DNA of 64,000 nucleotides, taken from positions 2,361-66,360 of the forward strand of contig JBFFED010000001.1 in assembly GCA_041559015.1 (NCBI GenBank). The letters are read 5' to 3'. Within the stretch, counting starts at the first letter, position 1. Each line of letters opens with the position of its first letter. The position numbers and the translations under genes are program-made. This stretch comes from Thermoplasmata archaeon. Lineage in GTDB: Archaea; Thermoplasmatota; Thermoplasmata; UBA10834. Shown here one piece after another: positions 27,707-37,205 of this stretch. The notes under the pieces were generated by a model. It had not been told where the DNA came from and searched no databases. It saw nothing but the letters and a program-made list of their open reading frames with translations.

Positions 27707-29041
27707 TCACCCGGAGAGCGTCTTAAGCATCTTCGGCAGGCCCGAGGACTCCCTCGGGCCCACGACCACCTTCATGTCTGTCAGCTCGTTCAGCTTCCCG
27801 CTCATCCTGGTGACCATGCCCGGGATGACTATCTCGTTCCTGGTGCACTTCTCCTTGACCTTCTCCGCCTCTATGAGCGTCGCGACCGACTCCGGCGTCA
27901 GCTTGCCCGCGGCGAACGCGGTCATGACCGACTGGCCGTCGGTGTCGACCACCAGGAGCCAGACGGGGAGCTTGCTCTTCTCTATGTCCGCGCGCACAGT
28001 GAAGTACGTCAGCGAGAAGTTGGTGGTGAACAGCAGGGGCGAGCTGCCTGTGGGCTCGCCCACCGTGTACAGGCCCGCCTTGACCTGTATCGGCACCTGC
28101 GGGTCCGTGAATATGTTCTGCCTCAGCGCCATGAGCGGGTAGACGAACTCCGGGGGCATCTCGTCCATGAGCACCACGGATGAGTACTTCATGACCCCGA
28201 GGACAGCCTTCATCCTGTCCCCTTCGGAAGTGCCGAGAACCGATATGGTCGGATACCCGAGGGGCCTGAACTTCTTCTTCACCGCCGCACGCCTGATGAT
28301 AGTCATGTTCTCCAGCATCTGCCCCGCGGACGACCCCTTGGGCTCCAGCACCAGGTCCGAAACGCCAGCCTTCTTCGCCTTGTCCGCGAGTTCGGCGAGC
28401 TTGCCCAGGTCATCGGCCCCTCCGACCACGAGCGGGAACCCGCACGCCTTCGCCGCCTGGACCATCGCATCGAAGTTGTCCGGGGTCGCCCTGTAGAGCA
28501 GCGGCCTCGCCTCGGCGCACGCAGAAGCGGCCTCTGACATCAGCTTCGGGTCCTCCGTCATGAGCACTACCGGGACGGTCATGGTCGAGGCGTACTTCGC
28601 GGCCTCGAGGAAGTCATCCGGGGTGCCGCTCGAGTGCCTGACGGCCACGGAGTCTATCCTAATCATCTGCCCGACGCGCTCGTAGTAGGTGGCCTTCGCG
28701 TCCTGCATCTTCGCCTTCATCTTCTCGAGGCCCTCGGAGTCGTCGGCTATCACGCCGAGCACAGTCGGGTGGTAGAACGTCTTGTCGTGCCTGAACAGCT
28801 GCGTCTCGTCCCCGATCTTGGCGGGCGAGCCGCTCCAGCCGAATGAGACGAGCCTCACCGGAGGCGCCCCGCTCTCCTCCAGGACGGTCTTGGCCTCGGG
28901 GCTGACGTACGGGCACGCCTCCAGGGCCACCTTCTGGTTTGCCAGCTGCATGGCGAACGCCAGGCAGGTGGGGAACTTGCACTCCCCGCAGTTCTTCTTT
29001 GGGAGGAGCTTGTAAATCTCCATCGCGGTCGGCACGCTCAT
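27707..29041 (-). CDS. acsC: Corrinoid iron-sulfur protein large subunit (gamma)
   Basis: LPKKNCGECKFPTCLAFA...CP; FRHDKTFY; TTNFSLTY; GPRES. Confidence 0.93.
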   Translation of the reverse strand: MSVPTAMEIYKLLPKKNCGECKFPTCLAFAMQLANQKVALEACPYVSPEAKTVLEESGAPPVRLVSFGWSGSPAKIGDETQLFRHDKTFYHPTVLGVIADDSEGLEKMKAKMQDAKATYYERVGQMIRIDSVAVRHSSGTPDDFLEAAKYASTMTVPVVLMTEDPKLMSEAASACAEARPLLYRATPDNFDAMVQAAKACGFPLVVGGADDLGKLAELADKAKKAGVSDLVLEPKGSSAGQMLENMTIIRRAAVKKKFRPLGYPTISVLGTSEGDRMKAVLGVMKYSSVVLMDEMPPEFVYPLMALRQNIFTDPQVPIQVKAGLYTVGEPTGSSPLLFTTNFSLTYFTVRADIEKSKLPVWLLVVDTDGQSVMTAFAAGKLTPESVATLIEAEKVKEKCTRNEIVIPGMVTRMSGKLNELTDMKVVVGPRESSGLPKMLKTLSG

Positions 29042-29991
29042 CCACCTCCCGCGAGGTCCTTGGCGGCCTGCCGGAAGAGCGTGACCGATTCGGGATGTCT
29101 CATGATGACGATATCCGCCCCCGCGACGACAGCGGAGTAGGCCGTGATGGCCTCCCAGTAGACGCCCCTCTCGTGGCGCGGGCCCTTCTTCGGGTCCTCC
29201 TCCATCACGTCCGGGACACCCCAGGCGCACGACGCGTCACATATGATCGGCATCTGCAGGACAGGGTCCCCTGAGAGGGCGCCCTGCCTGAGCCGCTCGA
29301 TGACTGAGTAGGAGTACTCGAGCCCCATGCCCAGCGCGGCCATCAGCGGGTCGATGATGATATTCTCAGGCTTCACGCCGAAATCGAGCAGCAGGATGTT
29401 CATCTGCTTCGCCAGGTTGATGTCCAGGTTGGAGAACGCGACCATCCCGTGCCCGTTGGCCATCGACGCGGCCGCGAGGGACTTGAAAGCCTTCTCCTCC
29501 GCGAGCCCGATGAAGAGCCGCTCGCCCTTGCCGGCGTTCGATACCGCCTCCATCAGCTTCGCGTCCTTCTCCTCGGAACCACACCCGTAGACGAGCATGG
29601 GCAGCGACACCGACTTCAGGACCTCCTTGAAGAGCGACTCGCACTCCTCGACCGGCCTGTTCTCTTCCTCGGGGTTGGCGGATGCGAGCCTCAGTAGGAG
29701 GGCGTCCGCGCCCCACTCCTTCTCGCACTTCCTGGCCCACTCCACTGGTTCCTTCGCGATCGAGCCCATGGACCCGAGCAGCGCCTCCGGGACGAGCCTG
29801 GGCGTATCCACGACGTCCATGACCACCGCGGGCGGGCGCGAGACATGGCTCTCGAACCTGTTGAACGGCAGCCCGTCCGAGCCCCCTATCACGATGCTCG
29901 AGCTCCTCGTCCCGCCCTGCTCCTTGGTCGCGCCTATGACGACCTCCCGTATCTTGCCCGCAAATCGTTCCTTCGGCACATCGAAATCCAT
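29038..29991 (-). CDS. acsD: Corrinoid iron-sulfur protein small subunit (delta)
   Basis: DINLAKQMN, IDP..AALG.GLEYSYS..ERLR, QMP, WEAITA, MRHP. Confidence 0.93.
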   Translation of the reverse strand: MDFDVPKERFAGKIREVVIGATKEQGGTRSSSIVIGGSDGLPFNRFESHVSRPPAVVMDVVDTPRLVPEALLGSMGSIAKEPVEWARKCEKEWGADALLLRLASANPEEENRPVEECESLFKEVLKSVSLPMLVYGCGSEEKDAKLMEAVSNAGKGERLFIGLAEEKAFKSLAAASMANGHGMVAFSNLDINLAKQMNILLLDFGVKPENIIIDPLMAALGMGLEYSYSVIERLRQGALSGDPVLQMPIICDASCAWGVPDVMEEDPKKGPRHERGVYWEAITAYSAVVAGADIVIMRHPESVTLFRQAAKDLAGGG

Positions 29992-30009
29992 AGCTGTTCC
30001 CCCAGTACC

Positions 30010-33000
30010 TCACTTGATCATAGGTTCCATCGACAAGGCCGGGTGCTGCACCTTCGTCATCCACTCTATGAGCTCCTCCGGCGTCTTGGCGACCGTCTCG
30101 TCCGCGATCTTGTCCACGAAATCGGGCACGCCTACCTCCTCCGAGCGCCTCTTGAGCTCCTCCTTCATGGCCTCCTTGAGGTCCTTCGGCATCCAGACGA
30201 TCCTGAGGAAGCCCCCGTCCGCGCTGATGAACTTCTTGCTGGTGAGGTACTTCCTGCCGATCCCGATGAACCCGGGGGTCTGTATGCCTCCCCCGACCGA
30301 GCCGGCGAGGGTGGAGAAGGTCATACCCATGGGCGTCATGCCAGGGAACTCCCGGTTCACCACCACGACGCCCTGAAGGTCGGGCGACATCCCCACGATG
30401 CACTCGAAGCAGCCACAGGACGTCATCGGGTCCTCGACCATCGTGTAAGCGCTGAACTTCTGTAGCTTGCCGTGGGTCTTCTCAGCGACCGCTTCGTTGA
30501 CGCCCGTCCACTGGCCCTTGACCTCGTCTACTGTCTGCTTCTTGGGCACGGGGCTATTGGGCCCAGTCGGCGCTATCTGGAACGAGGCCTTCGCGTCGAG
30601 CCAGTTGATGGCGCCGCACAGCCCGAGCCTCTCGGGCGTGACTATGCACACGTGCCCCGGGGCGAAGCTCTGGCACAGGGTGCATGTGTAGAATATGTCC
30701 ACGTTCTCGTCCGTCAGGGTCGCGATCCTCGCGTCCCTCTCCTCGTACGCGGCCTTCGCCTCGTCTACATGCTTCCTCAGCTCGGCCTCGTCCGTGATTA
30801 TGGTGACCTCGACCTTGGAGACTATGGCCCCGAATTCCTGCTTGAGCTTGGTCGCGAGAATCTCCCCGAAGTGCTTCAGCCTCAGACCGCTCTTGAACGC
30901 GGACTTGCTTAGCCTGACCCAGAGCAGGTTCCTCTGGCCGGTGTGCCACCCGCCCTCGGCGAAGTTGATGAATTGGTGGAACCTGCGTTCCAGCACCGGC
31001 TCGAAGTCCGGCTGCATGTTCTTGCCGTAGACATGGACTATGATGCCCAGGTGGGTCGAGCCGCCCTCGGGCATCTCGTCGACGTCCTTGCCTATGAGAG
31101 TAACCTTGCCGTCCGAGACCTCCTCCGGGCCGCGCATCCTCAGTAGCTCGAACGCGAGCGTCTTGGACGGGCCGCCGGCCTCGATGTGCATGTCCGGCCT
31201 CCTGATGGTCTCGCCCTCAAACGCAGGGCCGTAAGGAACCGGGAGGTCCATCGCCCCTAGCTTTATCCTGCAGCCCCTGACCTCGATTGCGGTCGCAATC
31301 ATCTCGTCCAAGTTCTTCTGGACGACGTACTTGTCGGGGATGGGCTCGACGTCCTGGTCGGTGATTGTCGGCGAGCCGTTGAACATGACCGCGAACTCCG
31401 CGGCGACCTTGATGTGGTCGAGCGGTCCCAGCTGGAGCACGAACACCTTGGGCCTCTTGGAGAGGTAGTTGTACAGTCCTTCCCGGTCACCCTTCTGTAT
31501 GCCCCCGAACGAGAGCGCTGCCCTGATGGCGAAGTTCAGGCCGTGGATGGCCTGTGTGAACTCCCCCACTGGATAGAGCATCCTGTCAAGGCCCATCGAG
31601 ATACTCTCGTCCTTGAGCTGCTTGATGATGTCGTAGGTCGCGATTATGAGCATGCCCTTGTTCTGGCAGTCCCTGATCATGGCCGCCAGCTTCTTTGGGT
31701 CGCTTGCGCGCCCGACGAACACGGCCGCCCCAGGTATCGTGTCGTCGACGAAGGCGATCCCCAGCTGCCTCAGTATCCTGTCCGGGACGAACCCGCAGTA
31801 CATCGTCCCCTCGTAGGGTGTCTGTGTCTCGATGTACTTGAGCGCCTCGACTATCTCTGCGGCAATCATGGTCGCCTCGCCAGAGGCGACCGCCGCCTCG
31901 AATGTCGGCTCCTCCCTTATCTTGCCCCTCGCCTCGCCCAGGAGCATCGGCAGGTCCCCCAGTCGGGTGCAGTCCCTTCCCAGCCAGGCGAACAGGCTTG
32001 GGAGCTGGTAGCCGGTCTCCGGGAACTCGATCTTCTGGTCGGGGCCGTACTTCCTCAGCGCCCTGCTCAGGAGCACATCAGCGTAACCCGTCGCGATTAT
32101 CGAGCCCTCGATGGCCATCTTGAAGAGCTTTGCGTTCGTGACCTTCTCCCCGGTCGGGACATAATGCGATGCGCGCTCCACCTCGGGGTCCGTGAGGTCC
32201 AGCCGCCAGCGCCTGTACTCGATTGCGGAGTAGAGCCTCTTGGCGGCCTCGTGCCCGTCCTCCTCGAATATGAAGTACCCGCCGTAGACGTCCCTTGCGG
32301 TGTTCTCGAGCACCTCGGTGACGAGCGTGCTCCCGTAAAGGTAGTTCATCGTGCCGACATGGACCGGGAAGCCCATCGTAACCGCCCATGTGCCGATGGA
32401 GACTGCCTTCTCGTGCATCGCCTCCGGGGCGATGGCCACGAAGGGTATCTGGTGGATGTCGACACCCATCCGGTTCGCCACCTCGGTCGCGAGGTTAGAA
32501 TAACGGGGGTTGTCCACGCACGAGCCTATGTGCCACACGCACGGGAGGCCCTCCAGCCCCGAGGCATCCGCGAGCTCCGCAAGGAAGGACTGGAGTCCTT
32601 CGCCCGCGAACTCCTTCGCCTTCGCGGGGTCCATGAACCCGCCTTTCGCGAGCTCGATCGCGTTGCACCCGGTGGTGAGGAGGAGCACATCCCTCTTCGC
32701 CAGCTCTCGCGCTATGGTGAGTACGTCGGAGTCCTCCTTCGCGCGGGTGTTCTTGCACCCGGCGAAGAGCGCTAGCCCGCGGATCCTGCCCTTGACTATG
32801 CAGTCTACCAGGAACTGGAACGGGTCCTCACGATTCTTCTTTGAGAACAGCTCCTTGATCTGCTCGACGCTGAACCCGGCCATCACCGCCGCCGGCTTCA
32901 CGTCCGGTAGGCGCCTGATCTTCCCACGGTGCCTGTATGCCTCCGCTGCGAGTATGAGCACGTCGCGCGCTGAGGCCTTGGCCCGCTCTGGCGTGAACTC

Positions 33001-34149
33001 GATATGCGTGTCCCCGGGGAGCCGGGCGATCTCCTCCGTGCTGATGATCCTGGTGTGGGTGCACCTCGCGAGCTGTGAGAGCGACGGCATGAAGCACTGG
33101 TAATCGAGCACCATCGCGTCCAGCAGGCCGCTCAGGAGGACCAGCTCCTGGGAGGTCACGTTCGCGGCCAACGGGACGCCCTTCCTCATGAGGGTCTCGT
33201 TCCCCGTGCAGCACACACCGACTATGTTGAAGCCCTGCGCGCCGGCCTTGGTCGCGATCTCCTTCATCTCCCTCGCCGCGTCGACCATGATGTCGCTCAA
33301 GAGCGGGTTGTGTCCGTGGACCGCTATGTTGATTGACTTCTCGTCGAGCACGCCCAGATTCGCGCGGCTGAGGATCATCTTCGGCGTGCCGAACAGGACG
33401 TCGCTGAGGTCTGAGGATATCTGGGCGCCAGTGTAATCCGCCAAGGAGCACTTGATGCCCCCGAACAGGAGGGGGATCGGGTCGGCGTCGACACCCATGG
33501 CAGTCCGATGAATCACATCTGATATCGCCGTCTCGATGTTGGTCGGCAGGACAGCATGGGTATCCCACAGATGCATCCTTCCGCGCGTCACTCTGCTCTT
33601 GAGGAAGGAGAGCGGCTCGTGCGTGAACCTCGAGTAATCGTCGAGCGCTGCGAGGGATACCGCTTCCGCGAGGGCCATGCCATCCTTATCAGTTTCCTGG
33701 ATGCCCAGCTTCTTCGCCAACGCCTCCAGCCTGACCTCGTCCGTCACTTTGTAGTCCTTGACCTCACCCTTGGACACTGCGTGCAGCACATGGGCTATCT
33801 CCTTGCCGTGGCCGGAGTGCGAGGCAGTGCCCCCGGCGATCATGCGCACCAGATGCCGGGCGACTATCGTGTAGTCCCGCGCGCCGCATATGCCGCTGGT
33901 CGGCTCCTTGCCCATCGGGTTGATTCTGCACGGCCCCTGGAGACATATCTTACAGCACAGCCCGAGGGACCCGAACCTGCACTGAGCGCCCTGGTTGGCC
34001 GCTCTGTCCGGGAGCGTCTCGATTCCAGCTGCGTGCAGGTCGGTGAACATGGTCGTGCACGAATCGTCCCAGAAGTCGCACGACCACTTCGATTTCTTGT
34101 CAGTCCGCTCCTTCTCGCCCGGTGGTCTCTCGTTCTCGCCAGTGGTCAC
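30010..34149 (-). CDS. Single-chain fusion of Ni-CO dehydrogenase (CooS/AcsA-type) and acetyl-CoA synthase (AcsB-type)
   Basis: CODH half: CRFG..GLCCKICLQGPC, GICGA, HSGH, GHNP, CCTGNE, DYQC, GCKN, TGC, GSCVDN, HEKA; ACS half: PETGY.LP, CTLCQSFAP.HVC, LCGA, SCGCFEC; no internal stop; GTG start after AGGAGTG. Confidence 0.93.
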   Translation of the reverse strand: MTTGENERPPGEKERTDKKSKWSCDFWDDSCTTMFTDLHAAGIETLPDRAANQGAQCRFGSLGLCCKICLQGPCRINPMGKEPTSGICGARDYTIVARHLVRMIAGGTASHSGHGKEIAHVLHAVSKGEVKDYKVTDEVRLEALAKKLGIQETDKDGMALAEAVSLAALDDYSRFTHEPLSFLKSRVTRGRMHLWDTHAVLPTNIETAISDVIHRTAMGVDADPIPLLFGGIKCSLADYTGAQISSDLSDVLFGTPKMILSRANLGVLDEKSINIAVHGHNPLLSDIMVDAAREMKEIATKAGAQGFNIVGVCCTGNETLMRKGVPLAANVTSQELVLLSGLLDAMVLDYQCFMPSLSQLARCTHTRIISTEEIARLPGDTHIEFTPERAKASARDVLILAAEAYRHRGKIRRLPDVKPAAVMAGFSVEQIKELFSKKNREDPFQFLVDCIVKGRIRGLALFAGCKNTRAKEDSDVLTIARELAKRDVLLLTTGCNAIELAKGGFMDPAKAKEFAGEGLQSFLAELADASGLEGLPCVWHIGSCVDNPRYSNLATEVANRMGVDIHQIPFVAIAPEAMHEKAVSIGTWAVTMGFPVHVGTMNYLYGSTLVTEVLENTARDVYGGYFIFEEDGHEAAKRLYSAIEYRRWRLDLTDPEVERASHYVPTGEKVTNAKLFKMAIEGSIIATGYADVLLSRALRKYGPDQKIEFPETGYQLPSLFAWLGRDCTRLGDLPMLLGEARGKIREEPTFEAAVASGEATMIAAEIVEALKYIETQTPYEGTMYCGFVPDRILRQLGIAFVDDTIPGAAVFVGRASDPKKLAAMIRDCQNKGMLIIATYDIIKQLKDESISMGLDRMLYPVGEFTQAIHGLNFAIRAALSFGGIQKGDREGLYNYLSKRPKVFVLQLGPLDHIKVAAEFAVMFNGSPTITDQDVEPIPDKYVVQKNLDEMIATAIEVRGCRIKLGAMDLPVPYGPAFEGETIRRPDMHIEAGGPSKTLAFELLRMRGPEEVSDGKVTLIGKDVDEMPEGGSTHLGIIVHVYGKNMQPDFEPVLERRFHQFINFAEGGWHTGQRNLLWVRLSKSAFKSGLRLKHFGEILATKLKQEFGAIVSKVEVTIITDEAELRKHVDEAKAAYEERDARIATLTDENVDIFYTCTLCQSFAPGHVCIVTPERLGLCGAINWLDAKASFQIAPTGPNSPVPKKQTVDEVKGQWTGVNEAVAEKTHGKLQKFSAYTMVEDPMTSCGCFECIVGMSPDLQGVVVVNREFPGMTPMGMTFSTLAGSVGGGIQTPGFIGIGRKYLTSKKFISADGGFLRIVWMPKDLKEAMKEELKRRSEEVGVPDFVDKIADETVAKTPEELIEWMTKVQHPALSMEPMIK

Positions 34150-34537
34150 CCAGACAGCACTCCTAGTTCGCAATGGCGCATGTGGCAACCACTGATAGGC
34201 CCGAGCCATGAGTATGGGGGTTCCGCGGGTCGTCTAGCAAGCTGTTCGAAAAGCCGTCCACCGGAAACGCACCCCGTCGGAGGGCGGAGGCGCCGGCGGA
34301 GAAGACCGAGTCTCCACAACGCCCCCAAACGCGGTAGCCAAGACAAATGTCCGGATATTCCGTTGGCTCCAGCCCCCCATTCTCAAAGTATCTGGCCAAG
34401 TGTTGGATGTTGCCTCAGCGCTCGGCATTCGACGAATGCATATGATGCTACTAAAACATTGTTGTTTGACGATGTTCGGCCCTTGCCGATTGCAGGGTTG
34501 GCTGGAGCCGAGCCGGACGGGCGGGTTCTGGATGGGG

Positions 34538-35335
34538 CTAGGGCTGCATGTTCCTTGAAATGGCGTTCGAAAGCTGTCGGACGGACTCAATCCACTCATC
34601 GGCCCCTGGCCCAGCGAATGGTGACCCCCCAGCCAGGTCAGCGGAGGCGACGGTCTCCGAGCGCGGGAGCGCGAAGATGAGCTCCAGCCCACGTCCGGCC
34701 AAGCCACGTTTGACCGAGGCCTTCTCGCCTTCGTTCGCAACCCGGTTCGCGACGACCGCGACCTTGCGTACGCCCATCTCCCCCGCCAGCTCGGCTATCC
34801 TGGCGGCGGTCTCACTCGACCGTGAGCCAGGTTCCACTACAACCAGTAGAAGGTCGACGCCCCGGCAGGTCGCCCGGCCGAACTGCTCAAGCCCGGCCTC
34901 CATGTCCACGACCACGTACTCGTCCCGCTCCAGCACCACGTGCTCGAGCAGGCCCCTCAGGAGGGCGTTCTCGGGGCAGAAACAGCCGCTCCCGGCGGCT
35001 TTGATCGTCCCGAGGACGAGGAGCCGCACGCCGTCCGCCCCGACCCTCGAGTATCTCTCTGGGATGTCGTCCACTCTCGGGTTGAGCTTGAAGAACGGGC
35101 CGGTGCTCGTCCCCGGCCTTGCGCCTGTGCGCTCCTCTATAAGGTCCAACTCGGAGGATATCGGCTGGGGTACGTCCCCCGCATGTATCTCGAGCACCGT
35201 CCTCAGGTGGGCGGCGGGGTCGGCGTCCACCGCCAGCACCCTGTTGCCCTGTCTCGCCCACACTCTGGCCAGCGAGCCGGCGACGGTCGTCTTACCCACG
35301 CCGCCCTTGCCCGAGACGGCTACCTTGAGACCCAA
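34538..35335 (-). CDS. cooC: CooC-type nickel-insertion ATPase (second paralog)
   Basis: GKGGVGKT, DADP, FKLNPRVDDIP, GCFCPEN, DMEAGLE. Confidence 0.88.
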   Translation of the reverse strand: MGLKVAVSGKGGVGKTTVAGSLARVWARQGNRVLAVDADPAAHLRTVLEIHAGDVPQPISSELDLIEERTGARPGTSTGPFFKLNPRVDDIPERYSRVGADGVRLLVLGTIKAAGSGCFCPENALLRGLLEHVVLERDEYVVVDMEAGLEQFGRATCRGVDLLLVVVEPGSRSSETAARIAELAGEMGVRKVAVVANRVANEGEKASVKRGLAGRGLELIFALPRSETVASADLAGGSPFAGPGADEWIESVRQLSNAISRNMQP

Positions 35336-35339
35336 ACTA

Positions 35340-35537
35340 TCAGGCCTTCCTGGGCCTGAGGAGTATCTCGTGCCTCACAAGGTTCGCCTCGGCGAGCTCG
35401 ACGTCCTTGACCGTCCGGATATCGCCCAGGGTGTCCACGCAGTTGATGTCGTTCCCTACAACAAGCACCCTCGCTGCCTCTTGCATGATGAGGTGTTTCT
35501 CAGAACCCTTGACTAGGTAGACCGCAGACTCACACAT
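35340..35537 (-). CDS. cooT: CooT-family nickel chaperone
   Basis: MCESAVYL N-terminal Cys2, D.LG, H near the C-terminus, 65 aa; lies directly upstream of cooC. Confidence 0.8.
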   Translation of the reverse strand: MCESAVYLVKGSEKHLIMQEAARVLVVGNDINCVDTLGDIRTVKDVELAEANLVRHEILLRPRKA

Positions 35538-35579
35538 TGCATATACCCCACGGAGTCCGGTGCTCACGAGCACATGCGG

Positions 35580-35984
35580 TTAGTCGACTGAGCACTCGGC
35601 TATCTGTCCCGCGACCTTCTTGGCCTTCTCGTAATCGTCCACGACGAACACGAACCTCAGCCTGTCGCCCTTCTGCCCAAGAAGGTAGCTCGTCCTCAAC
35701 TGCACCCCGTTGTCGACGAGGTACCTGGCCGCGCGCACCCACTGCCCCGGCCTGTTGAACATGTCTATGACGAGGACCTTCCTCTCGCTGAAGGGCAGGT
35801 CGGCCTTCATGAAGGCCCTCCGGCACTCCTCGTCGCAGCCGGTGAGGAACCTGATGAAATACTTGTCCTCGATCTTCGCGGTGGCAATCGTGTCCAGGTT
35901 TATGTGCTGCTCCGCGAGCAGCGCGACCGTGTCGAGAAGGTCCTTGCTGTCCCCAGATAGCGTCAGTTCGAATTCGGTTGTCAT
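35580..35984 (-). CDS. Tandem ACT-domain protein
   Basis: LAEQHINL and NRPGQW...L.DNGV ACT-like repeats; SD GGGGAG. Confidence 0.7.
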   Translation of the reverse strand: MTTEFELTLSGDSKDLLDTVALLAEQHINLDTIATAKIEDKYFIRFLTGCDEECRRAFMKADLPFSERKVLVIDMFNRPGQWVRAARYLVDNGVQLRTSYLLGQKGDRLRFVFVVDDYEKAKKVAGQIAECSVD

Positions 35985-36307
35985 CGAATCTCCCCCGTAG
36001 TGCCGCTGGACTGGTATTGTGCTGTTATCTATTTATTCTGTACCCCCAAGATTCCGAGCGCCGAGAAAAGACCCGTCTGAAACTTCTGGAGTTCGTCGAC
36101 GCTCCTGTGACATATCATGGCATGCCACATTAGAGCTATCGAAACAGTTTCAACTCGGCGGACAGATGGTCGAAAACAGTGTTCGTGGTCGGGCGCTCCG
36201 CGCTCTCAGCGCATGCCGCATCGGAGAGGGCCTGCGTAAAGGCACAAGTCAATTAACCCGATGCACGGATGCGGAGCACAGCTGGGACTTCGGGGAGGAG
36301 CGCAGGT

Positions 36308-37066
36308 TTGAGAGTGTCCTTCGACAGGATAGCCGACAAATACGACGAGACGAGGTCGCTCCCGAAGGACACCATGGACCAGGTCGTCGACGCCCTTGAG
36401 ATGGTCGTCGACAGCAGAAAAACCATCCTGGACGTCGGGGTGGGCACAGGGAGGTTCGGCCACCCTCTCCAGGTCCGAGGGCAGGATATCGTGGGGATCG
36501 ACATCTCCGGGCCCATGCTGGATAAGGCCAGGGCCAAGGGGATCGAGGATCTCGTGAGGGCCGATGTGTGTCAGATGCCGTTCATGGACAAGGCATTCGG
36601 GGTCTCGATGAGCGTGCATCTGCTGCACCTTGTGTCCGAATGGAGGTGCGCTCTGGCAGAGGTAGCGCGGGTGACCTCCGAGAGATTCGTCACCGTGGCG
36701 TCGTTCCGAGAGGACTCGCCCGCGGAGCTGATGAGGCTCTACTACGAGGAGAGGTGCAAGGAGCTTGGGCACGAGGTCCGCCACCCTGGCCTCAGGGAGA
36801 GGGAGCTCAAGGACCTCCTGAAGCCGGACCTCGTCTCCCTCGTCGCAGTGCATGAGGAGCTCATAAGCCCCAAAGAGCGCCTCGACGGGTTCGCCAGGAA
36901 GACCTACTCCAGCCAATGGCCCGTGCCCGAGGACATACACGCCAAGGCGATTGAGGCTGTGAGGATGGAGTTCGCAGATGTCGAGTCGCTCCTTGAGCGG
37001 GAGGGCATATTCCTCATAGCCTGGAAGATCGGCACGCTGGAGAGGTTCCTCGCCGAGAGCGTCTGA
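36308..37066 (+). CDS. Class I SAM-dependent methyltransferase
   Basis: FDRIADKYD, ILDVGVGTGRF, GIDIS..ML, AD..MPF; TTG start after GGAGGAG. Confidence 0.85.
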   Translation: MRVSFDRIADKYDETRSLPKDTMDQVVDALEMVVDSRKTILDVGVGTGRFGHPLQVRGQDIVGIDISGPMLDKARAKGIEDLVRADVCQMPFMDKAFGVSMSVHLLHLVSEWRCALAEVARVTSERFVTVASFREDSPAELMRLYYEERCKELGHEVRHPGLRERELKDLLKPDLVSLVAVHEELISPKERLDGFARKTYSSQWPVPEDIHAKAIEAVRMEFADVESLLEREGIFLIAWKIGTLERFLAESV

Positions 37067-37205
37067 CCGAGTTCTCGGCGCAATCGCGCCGGACCCTCGA
37101 TGAAGCACTTTCGCCTGCCCGTAATGCATCGCTTTATATCGTCCGCGCCCGTTGTCAAAACAGCAGCACAGAAGAGAAACGGCTGCTCATAAAGGGGGCT
37201 TTGTT

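Noticed and set aside
34262..34282. Short similarity (ggaaacgcaccccg) to the 50148/51239 repeat
   Set aside because: Only about 14 nt and the other conserved blocks are absent; likely chance
34150..34537. Cobalamin riboswitch in the CODH/ACS leader
   Set aside because: No B12-box or conserved core motifs recognisable by eye; kept only as a generic leader finding
31414..34680. Long plus-strand ORFs (31414..32775, 33556..34680) and many similar antisense or alternate-frame ORFs throughout
   Set aside because: Shadow ORFs expected in GC-rich DNA opposite well-supported genes; no recognisable motifs
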